DNA of 48,509 bases from Chiloscyllium plagiosum (taxonomy: Eukaryota). The stretch is taken from NCBI RefSeq assembly GCF_004010195.1, contig NC_057752.1, positions 5,583,754 to 5,632,262 on the forward strand, given 5' to 3'. The position numbers were made by a program, and so were the translations under genes. The notes below the pieces were generated by a model, which had not been told where the DNA came from, made no database searches, and worked only from the letters and a program-made list of their open reading frames with translations. This document shows positions 37,649 through 48,509 of this stretch, piece after piece (the first letter of the stretch is position 1; every line of letters starts with the position of its first letter).

Positions 37649-37997
37649 CCCTGAATCAGGGTTGCAGTAAAGACTGTACAATTGATGTACTCTGTTTGAA
37701 CTAGACAGGTGACAAATCATTCTAGATCCGGGTAACTATCCATTGACTATTGTTGGGAACTGTACACATGAACATGAAGGGAATATGAGGATCCCACTGC
37801 TTTCTAGCACCCTCTCAGTGACCATTCGTTTCTTTGACTTGGTTGTGTGTAGTTGACACTCCATCCTACAAACTTTGTACTCCACTGAACTACTCCCAAA
37901 GTGGGGGGTGAGAGTGGGGGCAGCTCCATGAGACGTTGTGAGCTGATGTTTTGGGGTTTCAGACTCCAAGGCAGCACCCTGGAGCTTTGAGTGAGTT

Positions 37998-38242
37998 TGA
38001 TTAGATTAGACTCCCTACATAATGGAAACAGGCCCTTCTAATGCACTAATACACCATGGGCAATTTAGCATGGACAATTCATCTGACCTGCACATCTTTG
38101 GATAGTGGGAGGAAATTGGAGCACCCAGAGGAAACCCACGCAGACATGTGGAATGTGCAAACTCTAAACAGACAGTCACCCGAGGCTGGAATCGAACCTG
38201 GGTCCCTGGTGCTGTGAGGCAGCAGTGCTAACCACTGAGCAA
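37998..38242 (-). mobile_element. HE1-type SINE with internal deletion
   Basis: (GATTA)n tail plus body homology. Confidence 0.85.
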
Positions 38243-39124
38243 CTACATTCCCATTCTCACAGATAGACCTCAGTTCTCACACACCTCTGCCCTCACGGTT
38301 TTCACATCAAAGGTCATGACATATTTTAAGCATCAAATCAGAGTCACGGGGAAAGGTTTGTGAACTACTCATACATGTAAAGATAATTTCATATAACAAT
38401 ACATTTTCTCCCCAAAATATCTCGTAGTGTCCATTTGTTGATATCACCAATCGGATGGTAATAGAATTCCTGGGGCTGAAAGATTAGAAAACATTGGAAA
38501 GCAATCATTTCATATTCTAACCTAGAACTGGCAATTTATAAGCAGTTGAAGCACTTTGGAATATCCTGAGGTAATGAAAGGGGCCATCTGTATGCAAGTG
38601 TTGTTGAAAGAGTCAGGATAACTCGACAAGAAGGGGGAATGGGACATCCAATTCAACAGAATGTAGCTTCTTAAAAATAATTTTACTCAAAAGAATGATG
38701 GAGACAGGTCTGGGCCTTCTAGTTAGAATTAGCTGTAACAAGTCGTTGCTGACATAATTAGTGCTAAAATTTAAATTCAATGAATTTGATTTTATTGAAC
38801 AGCATTCACAGTATCATAGTGTAATAAAGCACAAAAAGCAATTCAGCTTGCTGTGCAGGCTCTTTGGTGGAGCTATACAATTAGTCCTATTCTGTTCTTT
38901 CATCATAAGTCTTCAAGTACCTGTGTGTATTTCGTTCCTTTTAAGTCTCCCATTGAATTTGTTTTCCTTTCAGCCAGTGCATTCCAGATCACAAAATACT
39001 GTGTTTAAATACTGTGTTCCCCTCTGCAACTTTTGCCAACTGACTTCAATCTGTGTTCTCTGGCTATTGATCCTTCTGGGACTGGAAACAGTTTCTCCTC
39101 ATTTACACTATCCAAACCTTTCAT

Positions 39125-39214
39125 AGTTAAAAATCACACAACACCAGGTTATAGTCCAACAGGTTTATTTGGAAGCACTAGTGTTCGGACCGCTGCTCCT
39201 TCATCAGGTGGCGA
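39125..39214 (-). mobile_element. Penelope-derived short element, family B
   Basis: 12-bp TSD caaacctttcat (39113-24, 39215-26); degenerate hammerhead core. Confidence 0.78.
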
Positions 39215-39293
39215 CAAACCTTTCATGATTTTGAACATTTCTGACATTTCTTTTTCCACTCCGAGGAGAACAGTTCCAATCTTGCAGACAGAA

Positions 39294-39612
39294 GGGGTGG
39301 CACAGTAACTTAGTGGTTAGCACTGCTGCCTCATAGTGCCAGGGACCTGGGTTTGATTCCACCCTCAGATGACTGTCTGTGTGGTGTTTGCACGTTCTCC
39401 CTGTGTCTGCGTGGGTTTCCTCTGGGTGCTCTGATTTCCTCTCACAGTCCAAAGACGTGTAGGTGAGGTGAATTGGCCATGCTAAATTGCCCATAGCGTT
39501 AGGTGCATTAGTCAGGGGCAAAATGTAGGGGAATGGGTCTGGGTGGGTTACTCTTCGGAGGGTTGGTGTGGACTTGTTGGGCCGAAGGGCCTGTTTCCAT
39601 ACTGTAGGGATT
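39294..39612 (+). mobile_element. HE1-type SINE
   Basis: Full-length homology to 2922-3240. Confidence 0.9.
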
Positions 39613-39920
39613 TTTTAAAAAGACAGCATTTGAGGTAGTTGCCATCCTGGAGGCATTTTTCTGGTTGGGAGGAAGAGGTGATTGAAAGCACCTAGGCTCC
39701 CGAATAAGTTGTCGGAAAGGGTTTAATGTTGTAAGAGTTCCAACAGATGGCGGTGTTGCACTGTTCAGCCACAAGCAGCAAAGAATTGATTTCTATTGCC
39801 ATGTCGTGGTAGAATGAGAACTAGTCATTGCTAGATTTGTGGGTGTGTTGTTATTGCTAATTGAGTAAAGCAGAAGAATTAATTTTGTAAATAATAAAAT
39901 TACTAAAAAGTAATTTTTTT

Positions 39921-40303
39921 TGCGGAACGTTTCAGAGAACACCTCTGGGACACCCGCACCAACCAACCCAAACACCCCGTGGCTGAACACTTTAACTCCC
40001 CCTCCCACTCCGCCAAGGACATGCAGGTCCTTGGCCTCCTCCATCGCCAGACCATGGCAACACGACGCCTGGAGGAAGAGCGCCTCATCTTCCGCCTAGG
40101 AACCCTCCAACCAACGCCCCTCCCCCAAGTCCCTCCTCCCTACCTTTTATCTTAGCCTGCTTGGCACACCCTCCTCATTCCTGAAGAAGGGCTTATGCCC
40201 GAAACGTTGATTCTCCTCCTTTGATGCTGCCTGACCTGCTGCGCTTTTCCAGCAACACATTTTTAAGCTCTGATCTCCAGCATCTGCAGTCCTCACTTTC
40301 TTC
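39921..40303 (+). mobile_element. Penelope-like element 3' fragment: GIY-YIG endonuclease C-terminus plus pLTR
   Basis: Frame reads ERFREHLWD...PVAEHFNSPSHS...RRLEEERLIFRLGTLQP, followed by the family A terminal repeat with a hammerhead core at 40181-40208. Confidence 0.85.
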
Positions 40304-40560
40304 TGTTGAGAAGTAGACTTTTGAATTAGGCTACAGGTCTTGAATTAAATGAATGAGAACAGGCCCTTGAGGATGATTGGCTTCCATCTGTTCTCATGAT
40401 CCCTTCCTGGGATCTGATTCCTCAGGAGAGACTTTATGGCACCGTGGTAGTGTCCCTACCTCTGAGCTAGAAGGTCCAGGTTCAAGTTCTACCTCCTTCA
40501 GAGGTGTGGCACAACACACGAAATCCCTACATGTGGTAGCAGGTCATTTGGCTCATCGAG

Positions 40561-40758
40561 GTCAGGCAGCATCCAAGGAACAGGAGAATCGACGTTTCGG
40601 GCATAAGCCCTTCTTCAGGAAGAAGGGCTTCTTCCTGAAGAAGGGCTTATGTCCAAAACGTCGATTCTCCTGTTCCTTGAATGCTGCCTGACCTGCTGCG
40701 CTTTTCCAGCAACACATTTTCAGCTCTGATCTCCAGCATCTGCAGCCCTCACTTTCTC
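40561..40758. mobile_element. Penelope-derived palindromic short element in a SINE
   Basis: 16-bp TSD catttggctcatcgag (40545-60, 40759-74). A further family A piece follows at ~40781-40884. Confidence 0.85.
40591..40618 (-). ncRNA. Minimal hammerhead-ribozyme-like motif (family A)
   Basis: CUGAAGA-A-GGGC-UUAU-GCCC-GAAA-CG-UC. Confidence 0.55.
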
Positions 40759-40884
40759 CATTTGGCTCATCGAGTCCACTAGCAGAAAGTGAGTCCTGAA
40801 GGGCTTATGTCCGAAACGTCGACTCTCCTGCTCCTCGGATGCTGCCTAACCTGCTGTGCTTTTCCAGCACCACACTCTCGACTC

Positions 40885-41175
40885 GCCGATTCCACACCAA
40901 TCCTCCGAAGAGCATCCCACCCAGAACCACACTCCTACTCTATTCCTGTAATTCTGCATTTCCTATGGCTAATCCACCTAGCCTACACATCCCTGGACAT
41001 TATCGGCAATTTAACATGGCCAATCCACCTAAACTGCGCATCTTTGGACTGTGGGAGGAAACCCATGAAGACACAGGGAGAATGTGAAAACTCCTATCAC
41101 AGTCACCCGAGGGTGGAATCAAACCTGAGTCCCTGGCATTGTGAGGCAGTGCTGACCACTGAGCTACTGTGTCAT
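40885..41175 (-). mobile_element. HE1-type SINE (tail at ~40520-40560, separated by Penelope-derived insertions)
   Basis: Body homology on the - strand. Confidence 0.82.
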
Positions 41176-41293
41176 TTAGTGCCTCCAGATAGAAATAGGT
41201 GATTCCTTAGGTAAGTCCTCCTGAAACTCATGCAAGAAGCTGTCCTTCCTGCATGTGTTTACACCTGAAAGGTCAGATTCCAGAATTGTGCTG

Positions 41294-41590
41294 GATTAGA
41301 TTAGATTAGATTACATTACAGTGTGGAAACAGGCCCTTCGGCCCAACAAGTCCACACCGACCCGCCGAAGCGCAACCCACCCATACCCCTACATTTACCC
41401 CTTACCTAACACTACAGACAATTTAGCATGGCCAATCCACCTGACCTGCGCATCTTTGGACTGTGGGAGGAAACCCACGCAGACACGGGGAGAATGTGCA
41501 AACTCCACACAGTCAGTCGCCTGAGGCGGGAATTGAACCCGGGTCTCAGGCGCTGTGAGGCAGCAGTGCTAACCACTGTGCCACCGTGCC
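41294..41590 (-). mobile_element. HE1-type SINE, young copy
   Basis: Near-identical to the reverse complement of 2922-3240; (GATTA)n tail. Confidence 0.92.
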
Positions 41591-43696
41591 AGAAGCTTCA
41601 ATCAATAGGAGCACATTCTAGGAGTTTGGGATCATCCAATGGCAGGACTTTGATGCAGTGTGGGACTATGGCCATACCTGCTTTGTCAAGCAGGATGCAA
41701 TATTCAGAACAACGTTTGTCTGTCTGCTTCACATCTCAGTCTCATGTCCAGACTAATTATCGGAGCCTTGGTTCTTTGTAAATGCAAACCAACTGTTCCT
41801 GCTGGTTCGGAAATCTGGGACGAGGGGTCAGAGTCTTTAAAACTTAGAGCCAGACCTATCAGAAGTGGAATTAGGAAACATTTCCACACTCCAATCAAAA
41901 GTGGTTGCAGTTTGGAACTCTTACACAAATAGTGATTGATGCTGGATCAATTGTCGGTTTTAAACCTGAGATTTTTGCTGACTAAATGTATGAACAGACA
42001 TGGGATGGAGATGAGTTTGTGGAGTCAGGTTGCAGATGGGCCACAATCTCCCTGAACAGTGAAACAGGCATGGGTTAAATGACTGCCTCCTGTTCCTTGG
42101 CTGCCCATTTAGTTAAAGGATGTTAGATGATAACATTACATTAAATTATTACAAAAAAAACAGAAAAAAAGCTGGAGAAACTCAGCAGGTCTGGCAGCAT
42201 CTGTGAAGAGAAAGCAGAGTCAAAGTTTCAGGTCCAGTGACCTTTCTTCAGAATAGAAGAGCTTCTCTAAATTTTTCCAGCTATTTCTGTTTACATTTCA
42301 GATTTCCTGCATCTGCAGTTATTTGTTTTTGTTTTTGTTTTGCATTATTCTCTGACTTAAGCTGAGTATTCACAGCATTCAGGCTTTTGAATAGTTTGAT
42401 GAGCTTGATTTAGAAGCTATTAAGGAACAGTTCTCTCAGTATTTCCTCTGCAGTATTTTTAGAAAGCACACAAATACATTTAGTATAGGGCAATGGAGTA
42501 CATTGGGGTGGTCATTGCCTTACATAGGTGGGTTACTTAGTAACTTTAGCTTCACTATTAATGAGCTGCCACAGCTAGCTCCTATTCATGGGATTCTTTT
42601 CAACACTCCTGCTGTTAGGGTCACTCCACTTGACTGATCTAATGAAAGTAAATTGTAGCCAGCAGTGCTCTTGGGTAGAGTTTTTAGACCCATGGTGCAC
42701 ACGTTAGAAGCAAATGACTCTGAAAATTGTCGGGTGCCATGTTTAAAGAGCAATGCTCAGGGAAAGGATGCAAGAAAGGAATCGACGCCGTGTTAATGAA
42801 CCCACTGACATCTGTATTTTTCTTGTGTTGTGTAGAGCTTTTAACAAACACTTCTTGCACAATAATAAGGATTTTAAAGCTGAGATCAGAACTATTCAGG
42901 CCACAGTAACCACAAGCATCTTCTGACCTTAAGTGATGTCCAAATAGTCTGCCAGACAGAGCCCTGTAGACTTGTTGAACTGAGATGTAGCAATTGTTAA
43001 TTTGTACTTTAAAGGTAATTCATTTTCATACTTGATAAATATGTGGTCCAAATTACAGCTTTTTATACTCCGTCATCTTGGCTCTCCTTCTCCTCTTGGC
43101 TCTCTCTCTCCTCAGCCCGGTCAAAATAGAGTAACAGTTTTCCAATGCACCCTTTTCCCCTCGGTGGTTAAGTGACAGATGCTGCGGAATATTTGCTCAT
43201 TGCTCTATGCTTGGTCGAGCTGCCAAACCTTCATCTTCTGGAACCGGAATAGTTTCCGTCTGCAAAAGGGGCGTAGAGTGAATTATTCAGAAGAAGCAAG
43301 CAAACGACCTGGGCCAGCCACTCATTCCTCTTTCAAAATGGGTTTTGCCTCTTCTGCTGGAAGTGCTGCCATCTGCTGGGATGCAGCCCATAGGCGAGCG
43401 ATGAGACCAACTACTGTACACCATCCCTACCACCACAGCTAACTTGTCCAATACATGGTCAATTCTTGGGTACAGTTCACCAGTTTGACCTCTCCATTGA
43501 GAGAGAGGGCAGGTATTTTGAAAAGCAGAATTAGAATGCAAACAAGTTAATACTTCAGGAACCACTGCATCTTTCATAGAACATTCCATTCGTCATAATG
43601 TTTTAAAAGAAGTGCGAGGAAAATGAGTAGGCTATTGAGTCCCTTGCTTATACATTATTCAATATGACTGTGGCTGACCTATTCACCTTATCGATT

Positions 43697-44010
43697 GAAT
43701 TCCTACAGTGTGGAAACAGGCCATTCAGCTGAATGAGTCCACATCGACCCTCCGAACAGCATCCCACCCAGACCCATCCTCCTACCTTATCCCTGCAACT
43801 CCCATGGCCAACACACCCAACCGACACATCCCTGAACACTATGGATATTTAACATGGTCAATCCACCTAACGTGCACATCTTTAGACTATGGAAGGAAAC
43901 CAGAGCATCCGAAGGAAACCCACGCAGACACGGGGAGAATGTGCTAACTCCATACAGATAGTCGCCTGAGTGTGGAATCGAACCTGGTCCTTGGCAGCAG
44001 TGCTAACAGC
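43697..44010 (-). mobile_element. HE1-type SINE
   Basis: Body homology on the - strand. Confidence 0.85.
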
Positions 44011-44404
44011 ATAGCTATTTGTGGGAGCTTCCTGTGCATAGATTGCTGCTGTGGTTTCTACACTATAATAGTAAATTTAAAAGTACTTCACTGGCTGTAG
44101 TGTACTTTGGGCAATTATAATCGCAATACTTTTCCCCAGCTTAGTCTGATTGCATTTACACTCGATAGACACAGAGTTGTACTTCCCACCAGGGTGGGGG
44201 AGGGGCTGACCAGATAAGCCATAAAAAGCTACGTCGCTTTTGTTCTTCCCATCCTTCTATACCTCTGAACCTCTGAGGTCAACTGACAGTCTACAATTGC
44301 CCTGGCTGAGTAACAGCTTGGTGCAGCCTTAAGTGCATTCTAGCTAATCTAGGAAATATTGCACATGTAAGGCAGCTATAGGTCAACTAACACAAAGAGC
44401 TATT

Positions 44405-44862
44405 ATGGTGATGGCCTAATGGTATTATTGCTGGACTGTTAATCCAGAGATTAAAAATGTGTTGCTGGAAAAGCGCAGCAGGTCAGGCAGCATCAAAGGA
44501 ACAGGAGAATCGACGTTTTGGGCATAAGCCCTTCTTCAGGAATGTTAATCCAGAGACCCAGGTAATGTTCTGGGGATCCAGGTTCGAATCCTGCCACGGC
44601 AGATGGGTGGAATTTAAATTCAATACAAATCTGGAATTCAAATTCTAATGATAACTGTCAATCCGTTGCTAATTGTTGGAAAAATCCATCTGGTTCACTA
44701 ATGTCCTTTATGCAAGGAAACTGCATCCTTATCTGGTCTGGACTACATGTGACTCCGGACCCACAGCAATGTGGTTTACCCTTAACTGCCCTCTGGGCAA
44801 TTAAGGGCAGGCATTAAATGCTGGCCCAGCCAGAGAACCCTCATCCTGTGAATCAATATAAA
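44405..44862 (+). mobile_element. tRNA-derived SINE (third family) carrying a Penelope-derived insert at 44451-44542
   Basis: tggcctaatgg A box and ggttcgaatcc B box; insert flanked by 14-bp TSD tgttaatccagaga (44437-50, 44543-56). Confidence 0.75.
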
Positions 44863-45717
44863 AAAAAGACATATAACCACAAGGGTAGGCTGATCTCTTA
44901 CACTGAATTCTGTGGGTTGAATGTTTACCAGAATATAAATTCCTGTGGCTGAAACTCCCTGAAATTTAAGCACCTCCCCACCCCTGCCCACTTAGTAGAA
45001 AAATTATGAATTTTTTTTTTCCCAAAAATATACTTCGCTCAAAGCTGACTTGGACATAAGATGCAAATAACATCAGTTTCTTCCAATACTGTATGTTAAT
45101 ACAATGACAATTCGTATTGATGAGTTTTTATATATCAACTACACAATTCCAAGGGTTTCACCCAGTTACTAGCCCCATGGTGCACTTTGGCTAAAAGGCC
45201 TTAGTCAGTGTCCTTTCCCCAGTGCGCCTTTGCAGTTGCTGCCTGAGTCCTGCACCTGGAACATGCCAGAAAAATGAGGAAATAGCTCTAAGAAAGCATG
45301 AGCTGAGAAATTAGAATTCTTCCCCTCTTGGACTTACTATCTTCTTTGGTCTGACAGGAATGGATGGACTGAATGGTCTTTGTCTATGCTGGATCATTCT
45401 ACAATTTTTCTGTTACAAATGAAACATTCAGTGACCTGTTTGAACAAATGCTTCCAGAAGTCAGCAATAAAGGAATGGCACCATGGCTAAGTGATTGCTG
45501 CCATTAGAAGGTTGTGGGTTTAAATCCTATTCCATTCCACCAGTTGTAGTGTTACGACAAGCTTTTTTTTAACTCAAGCAAACCTCTCGTGACTTTATTT
45601 GTGGTAAGAGGGACAATCTATTGTTCTCAGGTAAGGTTTAATACAGCAAGATAAGTTAATCTGCTAAACTACAACTGTGGACACCCAGAAGGCTATGGGC
45701 TGAATTGCTGTGTCTGC

Positions 45718-45957
45718 CTGATGTCAATTAGAGGTAAATTGCTCTGAAACAGATCTGAGGTCAGCTAAAGACAAATTGCTCCAAAACACATCCTGAGGTC
45801 AGTCAGAGACAAATGGCTCTGAAATACATTCTGAGGTCAGTTAGAGGCAAATTGTTCTGAAACAGATATTATTCAGGTCAGTTAGAAGCAAATTGCTCCA
45901 AAACTGATCTGAAGACAGTTTGAGGTAAATTGCTCCAAAACATGTCATGAGGTCAGA
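45718..45957. repeat. Minisatellite, ~6.3 copies of a 37-41 bp unit
   Basis: Consensus CTGAGGTCAGTTAGAGGCAAATTGCTCYRAAACAGAT; units start at 45718, 45755, 45793, 45831, 45872, 45909, 45947. Confidence 0.88.
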
Positions 45958-46223
45958 GGAGAGGCTTATGATTTCAACTGGAACTTTAAGACAACCCTGT
46001 GGTGTTGCTCTGAAGGCACATGCAACCAATCCTGTAAAGATGGCAGAATTCCTTCCCTTAAGGGATATTAGTGAAGCAAATGGGTTTTTCCAATGGTTTT
46101 TTTAAAGCTAGTTTTTAATTCTAGTGTTGGGACATAATCCCACATCCCCAGAGCACTTGCCAGGGCCTACTGGATTATTAAGATAGTAATAGTGCCACTA
46201 GTCCTTCACCTTTGGGACAGCTT

Positions 46224-46304
46224 CCTGATGAAGGAGCAGTGGTCTGAAAGCTAGTGCTTCCAAATAAACCTGTTGGATTATAACCTGTTATGTGATTTTT
46301 AACT
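46224..46304 (+). mobile_element. Penelope-derived short element, family B
   Basis: cctgatgaaggagc...gaaagctagtgcttccaaataaacctgttgg matches the 30399 and 39125 copies. Confidence 0.75.
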
Positions 46305-46749
46305 TTCCCCACATAGGTTAGATAAGATTATTTTCTTATGAACAAAGCTCCAATAACATTATTGAAGAACGACAAAGATTAATTGAGAGGAGTTCAAAAT
46401 AGTTTTACTTTCCAAATAGCAAATGACTTTTTGAATGCTTTTCCAGTACAGCTATATCCAAGAAGTAGTTAAATTAAAAGAAAGCTGCAGATGACAGAAG
46501 AGAATCGATTTTATACACAATGTTCCTCAATTCGTTCCCAGCAAAAATTAATGTTTATCCCTGCATCTACAAATTAATAACAAGTTTCAAATTGGATGCT
46601 TTCCAGTTGCTTACAGTGGCCAATATTTGTTGTGGAAATCTGTGTTTTATTTTAATTTCTCCCTTCACCAGAGCGCATGGTTCTCTTGAAGTTCATCTTA
46701 AACCTCTTCCACTGCTTAATCTCATAAAGGAACTGTTATAAGTGTACAA

Positions 46750-47160
46750 TAACATAAAAACTGGAGTAGGAGGAAGCCATTCAGCCCTTCAAGCCTGCTC
46801 CGCCATTCAATAAGATCATAGCTGATCTTCTTCTTCAACTCCATTTTCATTGCCTGTCTGAATATTCCTTGATTCCCTGAGAAAGAAAACATTTATTGAA
46901 TATGACTACAGCCACAATCCTGTAATACTGAGAATTTGAATGACTTCATAACTCTCTAAGTGAAGAAATTTCTCATCTCAGTCCAGAATCACCACCTTGT
47001 TATCCTGACACTGTGCCCTCGTGGTCTAGATTCCCCAGCTAGGTGGAAAACAATGTCTCATTCTTGAACTCATGAAGCTTCCTTCACTTTAAGTTTTAAT
47101 GAGATCCAGAGAATATAGGCTCATTTCACTTTATCACTCCTCAAAGGGCAACTCTCTCAA
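46750..47160 (-). mobile_element. Old CR1 LINE 3' end
   Basis: aacataaaaactggagtaggag...gccattcagcccttcaagcctgctccgccattcaataagatc, a typical CR1 3' UTR. Confidence 0.7.
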
Positions 47161-48261
47161 AGGTGAGTCACCCTTTATTGTTTTTAGGAAATTTTAATTG
47201 AAACTCCAGTCAATTTTTGTCATTTGCCTGTGTATTTTAGCCCATGTGTGACATCTTCAATTGACTTAACAGTCGGAATTCAATTATGAAAGTGCACTGT
47301 CAATTAAGTCTTAGTTTAGGACTTTTAAAGGAGGTGTTATTTGAATATGTTGCAGGATATATTTGAACATGAATGGAAGCGTTGTCTCAAAGGGTGAACA
47401 TACTCAGGATGATATGCTCCTAAGTCTCACAGGTGAAAAGGTCCCAAACCCAGTCTTTTACCTGTCTTGATTTCAGCTGATGTGGTGCTTGTTGTTATAC
47501 CTCAGGTGTCCTGGTTAGAGAGGGGAAAGCTGGAAAGTTGAATAGGGAAGATTTGGCTCCAGCTTTATGTTCCTGTTTGCAATGTGAGAAAGGCAGAAGT
47601 GCAGTGTTTTAACTGAGGATAGGATTGGGCTTGGCTCTCAGTTAATGCCCAATGATGAATGTCCACTGGATAAGGTTGTAAAGGTCAAAGGCCACCTGAC
47701 CTCAGCATCCGGAACTGCATTTGGAAGAGAAAAACCAAGGACGGTAATTAACTGAATGGGAGATAGACTTTCTTTTTGTGTGTTTAAAAAGGAGAAGAAT
47801 GTCATTGTTGGAAAAGGGACCAAATTTCAACTTTTACCAGTGAGTATTGCATATCTCCTAAAGCTCAAATGTTGTGGCTTTCACCCTAGCTCCAAGCTCG
47901 TTTCCTCCCCCCATGCCACCAGTGAGTTATTCAATTTTTCAGACAAAGCATCTTATTAGTATCCACGTTCAAGGAGACCGTGTTTTCAGTTAATACAGTC
48001 AGCACCATACCATCTTGGAATTGGAGATCACAATGTGTAAATAACTTAGCTGATTTGCTGCATTACCACCAGACCCTGGACGAGGTTCCCCAATTTGTTA
48101 CACTTTTGGACAGCATACCCCAAACTGTAAAACTCCTGGGTGAGGCACCCCTTCTTCAGTCACTCACCTCTCCCAACTTGGTTACAGTAAGGTTAATTCC
48201 AAAAGGATTCCTTTCCTTGTGGATACCTTTCTTCCAGACTCAAATGAACTTGTTTTAAATG

Positions 48262-48509
48262 AAGAGAAAGTGAGGACTGCAGATGCTGGAGATCAGAACT
48301 GAAAATGTGTTGCTGGAAAAGCGCAGCAGGTCAGGCAGCATCCAAGGAGCAGGAGAATCGACGTTTCTGGCATGAGCCCTTCTTCAGGAATGAGGAAAGT
48401 GTGTCCAGCAGGCTAAGATAAAAGGTAGGGAGGAGGGACTTGGGGGAGGGGCGTTGGAAATGCAATAGGTGGAAGGAGGTCAAGGTGAGGGCGATAGGCC
48501 GGAGTGGGG
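48262..48509 (-). mobile_element. Penelope-like element 3' end (family A), cut by the window edge
   Basis: Reverse complement of the 40115-40303 repeat, with a hammerhead core at ~48360-48387. Confidence 0.85.

Noticed and set aside
43179..43589. Short overlapping ORFs in moderately GC-rich unique sequence
   Set aside because: No recognisable domain or convincing splice sites in any frame.
45718..45957. CRISPR array
   Set aside because: Vertebrate context, no unique spacers, no cas genes; whole units are repeated.

Overview
Repeat-rich vertebrate genomic DNA, almost certainly elasmobranch (shark), judged from HE1-type SINEs, HER1/CR1 LINEs and Penelope-like short repeats. The only clear host gene is a dendrin (ddn) orthologue on the + strand: one 3.36-kb coding exon (24774-28134) plus a candidate upstream coding exon (16319-16411). 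The most striking object lies in the ddn intron. It is a 3.5-kb insertion (19329-22831, 4-bp TSD) carrying an intron-less KMT2D (MLL4) mRNA fragment, bracketed by two copies of the same LTR in INVERTED orientation. One copy is a full LTR followed by an exactly 18-nt tRNA-Pro PBS. This is the structure expected if plus-strand strong-stop DNA primed on a host mRNA, switched back onto element RNA, and was integrated through two U3 ends. The 5' 470 codons of the captured KMT2D frame are still open, while the PHD4-6 part is full of stops and frameshifts. The window also holds a degenerate full-length Gmr1-type Gypsy element (PR-INT-RT-RH order, perfect TSD), a solo LTR, and many Penelope-derived short elements with minimal hammerhead-ribozyme motifs. 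Three local templated duplications/inversions and a 37-41 bp minisatellite carrying AGGTCA half-sites are also present. All identifications are by eye and from memory of protein families; no database searches were run.
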